From Chiloscyllium plagiosum (lineage: Eukaryota), in contig NC_057720.1 in assembly GCF_004010195.1 (NCBI RefSeq), positions 26,340,694 to 26,375,305 on the forward strand: a DNA stretch of 34,612 bases, written 5' to 3'. Of the stretch, positions 32,855 to 34,612 are shown in pieces (position 1 is the first letter of the stretch; each line of letters begins with the position of its first letter). The notes under the pieces were generated by a model. It did no database searches, was not told the DNA's origin, and worked only from the letters and a program-made list of their open reading frames with translations. Position numbers and translations under genes: made by a program.

Positions 32855-32957
32855 CATTCCTGATGAAGGGCTTTTGCCCAAAACATTGATTTTCCTGCTC
32901 TTCGGATGCTGATTGACCTGCTGTGCTTTTCCAGCACCACTCTAATCTAGACTCTGA
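32855..32957 (+). mobile_element. PLE family A short unit, CpG-decayed hammerhead motif
   Basis: ATTCCTGATGAAGGGCTTTTGCCCAAAACATTGATTTTCCTGCTC...TTTTCCAGCACCACTCTAATCTAGACTCTG. Confidence 0.88.
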
Positions 32958-33925
32958 ATTCCTCCTGTCCGCTGAGAGTGTACTGCTACCTGCCCAAGGT
33001 CCTGGAAGCTCTTCACCTAAAGTCTCCAGATTGCATGGACTGCTGTTCTGCTGCTTATATCCTCTGTCATATCCATCTGGTTGGAGAGGTTATCCTCTTC
33101 CTCTGGGCTTGAGAACTCTCCTCCATTCAGCTCCTTCCGTTCCACAGCAGAAACTGTAGGTCACATGAGAGACCTACGGAGCAGCCATGCCAGGTCTTCT
33201 CTACCTTCCTGTGGTTGCAACAGCCTCAACACTCCAAGTGCTGGTGAGCTTTTCTGAATTGTGCTATGAACATTCGAATTAGAAACCCTTCTTTTGTCTG
33301 AACAGATGCATCATCCTGATCATCCTTCCGAATTGGTTGAGGGCAAGTTGGCCATGTGCTTTGTTGTGGTAGAGTGATGGCCAGGCATTCCACTCAAGGA
33401 GAAAACAATCTCAAAATTGCAGCAGGAAAAATGGTGGTTAAAATTCCACCATAAACACCAGCACTCATTCCACTGTATCAAATGTGCATGACAAATTCCA
33501 GATAAAAGGATATCAGTTGTGCTTGGAATGATCACTGTGCTGCAAAGCCTGATCACATCAATGAGCATATTGCACAATAATCAGCATACTTCATGTGAGT
33601 TCATTCATAAATATATTTTTTTTAACTTCAAGTGTACTATACCTAAAAGACAAACATTTGGATTACCCTGATGTTCTACCACAACGCTTACAATCAATTA
33701 CCCTGTTCATATCGACAGAGGCAGCATGTAAATTGGATGCACCTACCCTGATTTGCATGATAGTAGCATCTGGCCAAAGAGATTCCATACTGCTCTCTCT
33801 TCCGACCAGTGCTGCCTAGCTCTGTTCTCTGGACAGGAGCCCAGTCATGTTAAACCAAGATCATTTGGTACAGTTCGTCTGTGTTTCTTAAAGGTCCTGT
33901 TTTCAGAAAGCTGCACTGAATAATA

Positions 33926-34144
33926 ATGACTTGGAGATCCGGTGTTGGACTCGTGGAGAAAGTTAAAAATCATACAACACCAGGTTATAGTCCAACAGGT
34001 TTAATAGGTAGCACACTAGCTTTCAGAGCGACGTTCCTTCATCATGTGATAATTATCACCTGATGAAGGAGCGTCGCTCCGAAAGCTAGTGTGCTTCCAA
34101 TTAAACCTGTTGGACTATAACCTGGTGTTGTGTGATTTTTAACT
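33926..34144. mobile_element. Palindromic PLE family B insertion (92-bp arms, no spacer) with ~11-bp TSD
   Basis: 33961-34052 is the reverse complement of 34053-34144 with 6 mismatches by my count; flanks ACTGAATAATA (33915-33925) and ACTGAGTAATA (34142-34152). Confidence 0.93.
34057..34091 (+). ncRNA. Minimal type I hammerhead ribozyme motif, intact core
   Basis: cac-CUGAUGA-a-GGAGC guc GCUCC-GAAA-G-CUA-gug: stem I cac/gug, 5-bp stem II, palindromic AGCU stem III, predicted cleavage after A34088. Confidence 0.75.
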
Positions 34145-34199
34145 GAGTAATATTGTTACAATTCAAATGATGACAAAGTGAACACCAGGCAAGAGAGGG

Positions 34200-34612
34200 A
34201 TTTCCAGGGTGACCTGAACCTGAACCTGAACCAGAAGGGCACCAATATCCGGGGGGGTAGGTTTGCTAGCACTCTTCGGGGGGGTTTAAACTAATTTGGC
34301 AGGGGGATGGGATCCGGACTTGTAGTCCAGCAAGTAGGCTAGCTGTTTGTCAGGATGTCCAAGAACGTAGGAAAGCTGTGAAGAAGGTAGCACAGACAGG
34401 GAATACTTGTGGACACAGAGATGGGTTCAAGTGCGTATACTTCAACACAAGGAGTATCAGAAATAAGGTGGGTGAACTTAAGGCATGGATCGGTACCTGG
34501 GACTACGAAGTTGTGGCCATCACGGAAACGTGGATAGAAGAGGGACAGGAATGGCTGTTGGAGGTTCCTGGTTACAGATGTTTCAGTAAGATTAGGGAGG
34601 GTGGGAAAAAAG
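34200..34612 (+). mobile_element. Young CR1 LINE: ORF1 (esterase-type) C-terminus and start of ORF2 endonuclease, running off the window
   Basis: LNQKGTNIRGGRFASTLRGGLN* (stop 34292-34294), overlapping an open frame 34270-34612 reading FKCVYFNTRSIRNKVGELKAWIGTWDYEVVAITETW...VPGYRCF. Confidence 0.93.

Noticed and set aside
33961..34144. DNA-transposon MITE, miRNA gene or terminator
   Set aside because: A single-arm homolog occurs at 24391-24497, arms are unequal in extent and carry a PLE-type hammerhead motif; better explained as an inverted PLE insertion.
1..34612. CRISPR array, prokaryotic operon or viral insertion
   Set aside because: No regularly spaced repeats with unique spacers, no dense long ORFs; content is vertebrate-type interspersed repeats.

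Overview
Eukaryotic, repeat-saturated, apparently intergenic or intronic DNA. The repeat families (V-domain HE1-type SINEs, CR1/HER1-type LINEs, a Deu-domain SINE, Penelope-like element ends) indicate a cartilaginous fish, probably a shark; this is inferred from recalled family motifs, not from a search. I can support no intact host gene, rRNA, tRNA or CRISPR array. Nearly all ORFs in the track are decayed CR1 ORF2, Gypsy gag/pol, or spurious frames across SINEs. Contents: about 12 CR1 fragments, 5 HE1 SINEs (one nested in another), a Gmr1-like Gypsy element (LTR plus gag-protease), two probable solo LTRs, scattered old Gypsy remnants, a possible Harbinger transposase remnant, and about 10 Penelope-derived segments. 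The most interesting signals are: (1) minimal dimer-type hammerhead ribozyme motifs carried by short Penelope-derived units, including a spacerless 184-bp palindrome with a target-site duplication (TSD); (2) a canonical U-UUA-AAC -1 frameshift heptamer at the CR1 ORF1/ORF2 junction, with an AUG-less ORF2, and the same motif in a second diverged copy; (3) tandem duplications that straddle element/flank junctions; (4) a multi-level nested insertion stack. Boundaries of decayed elements are approximate.
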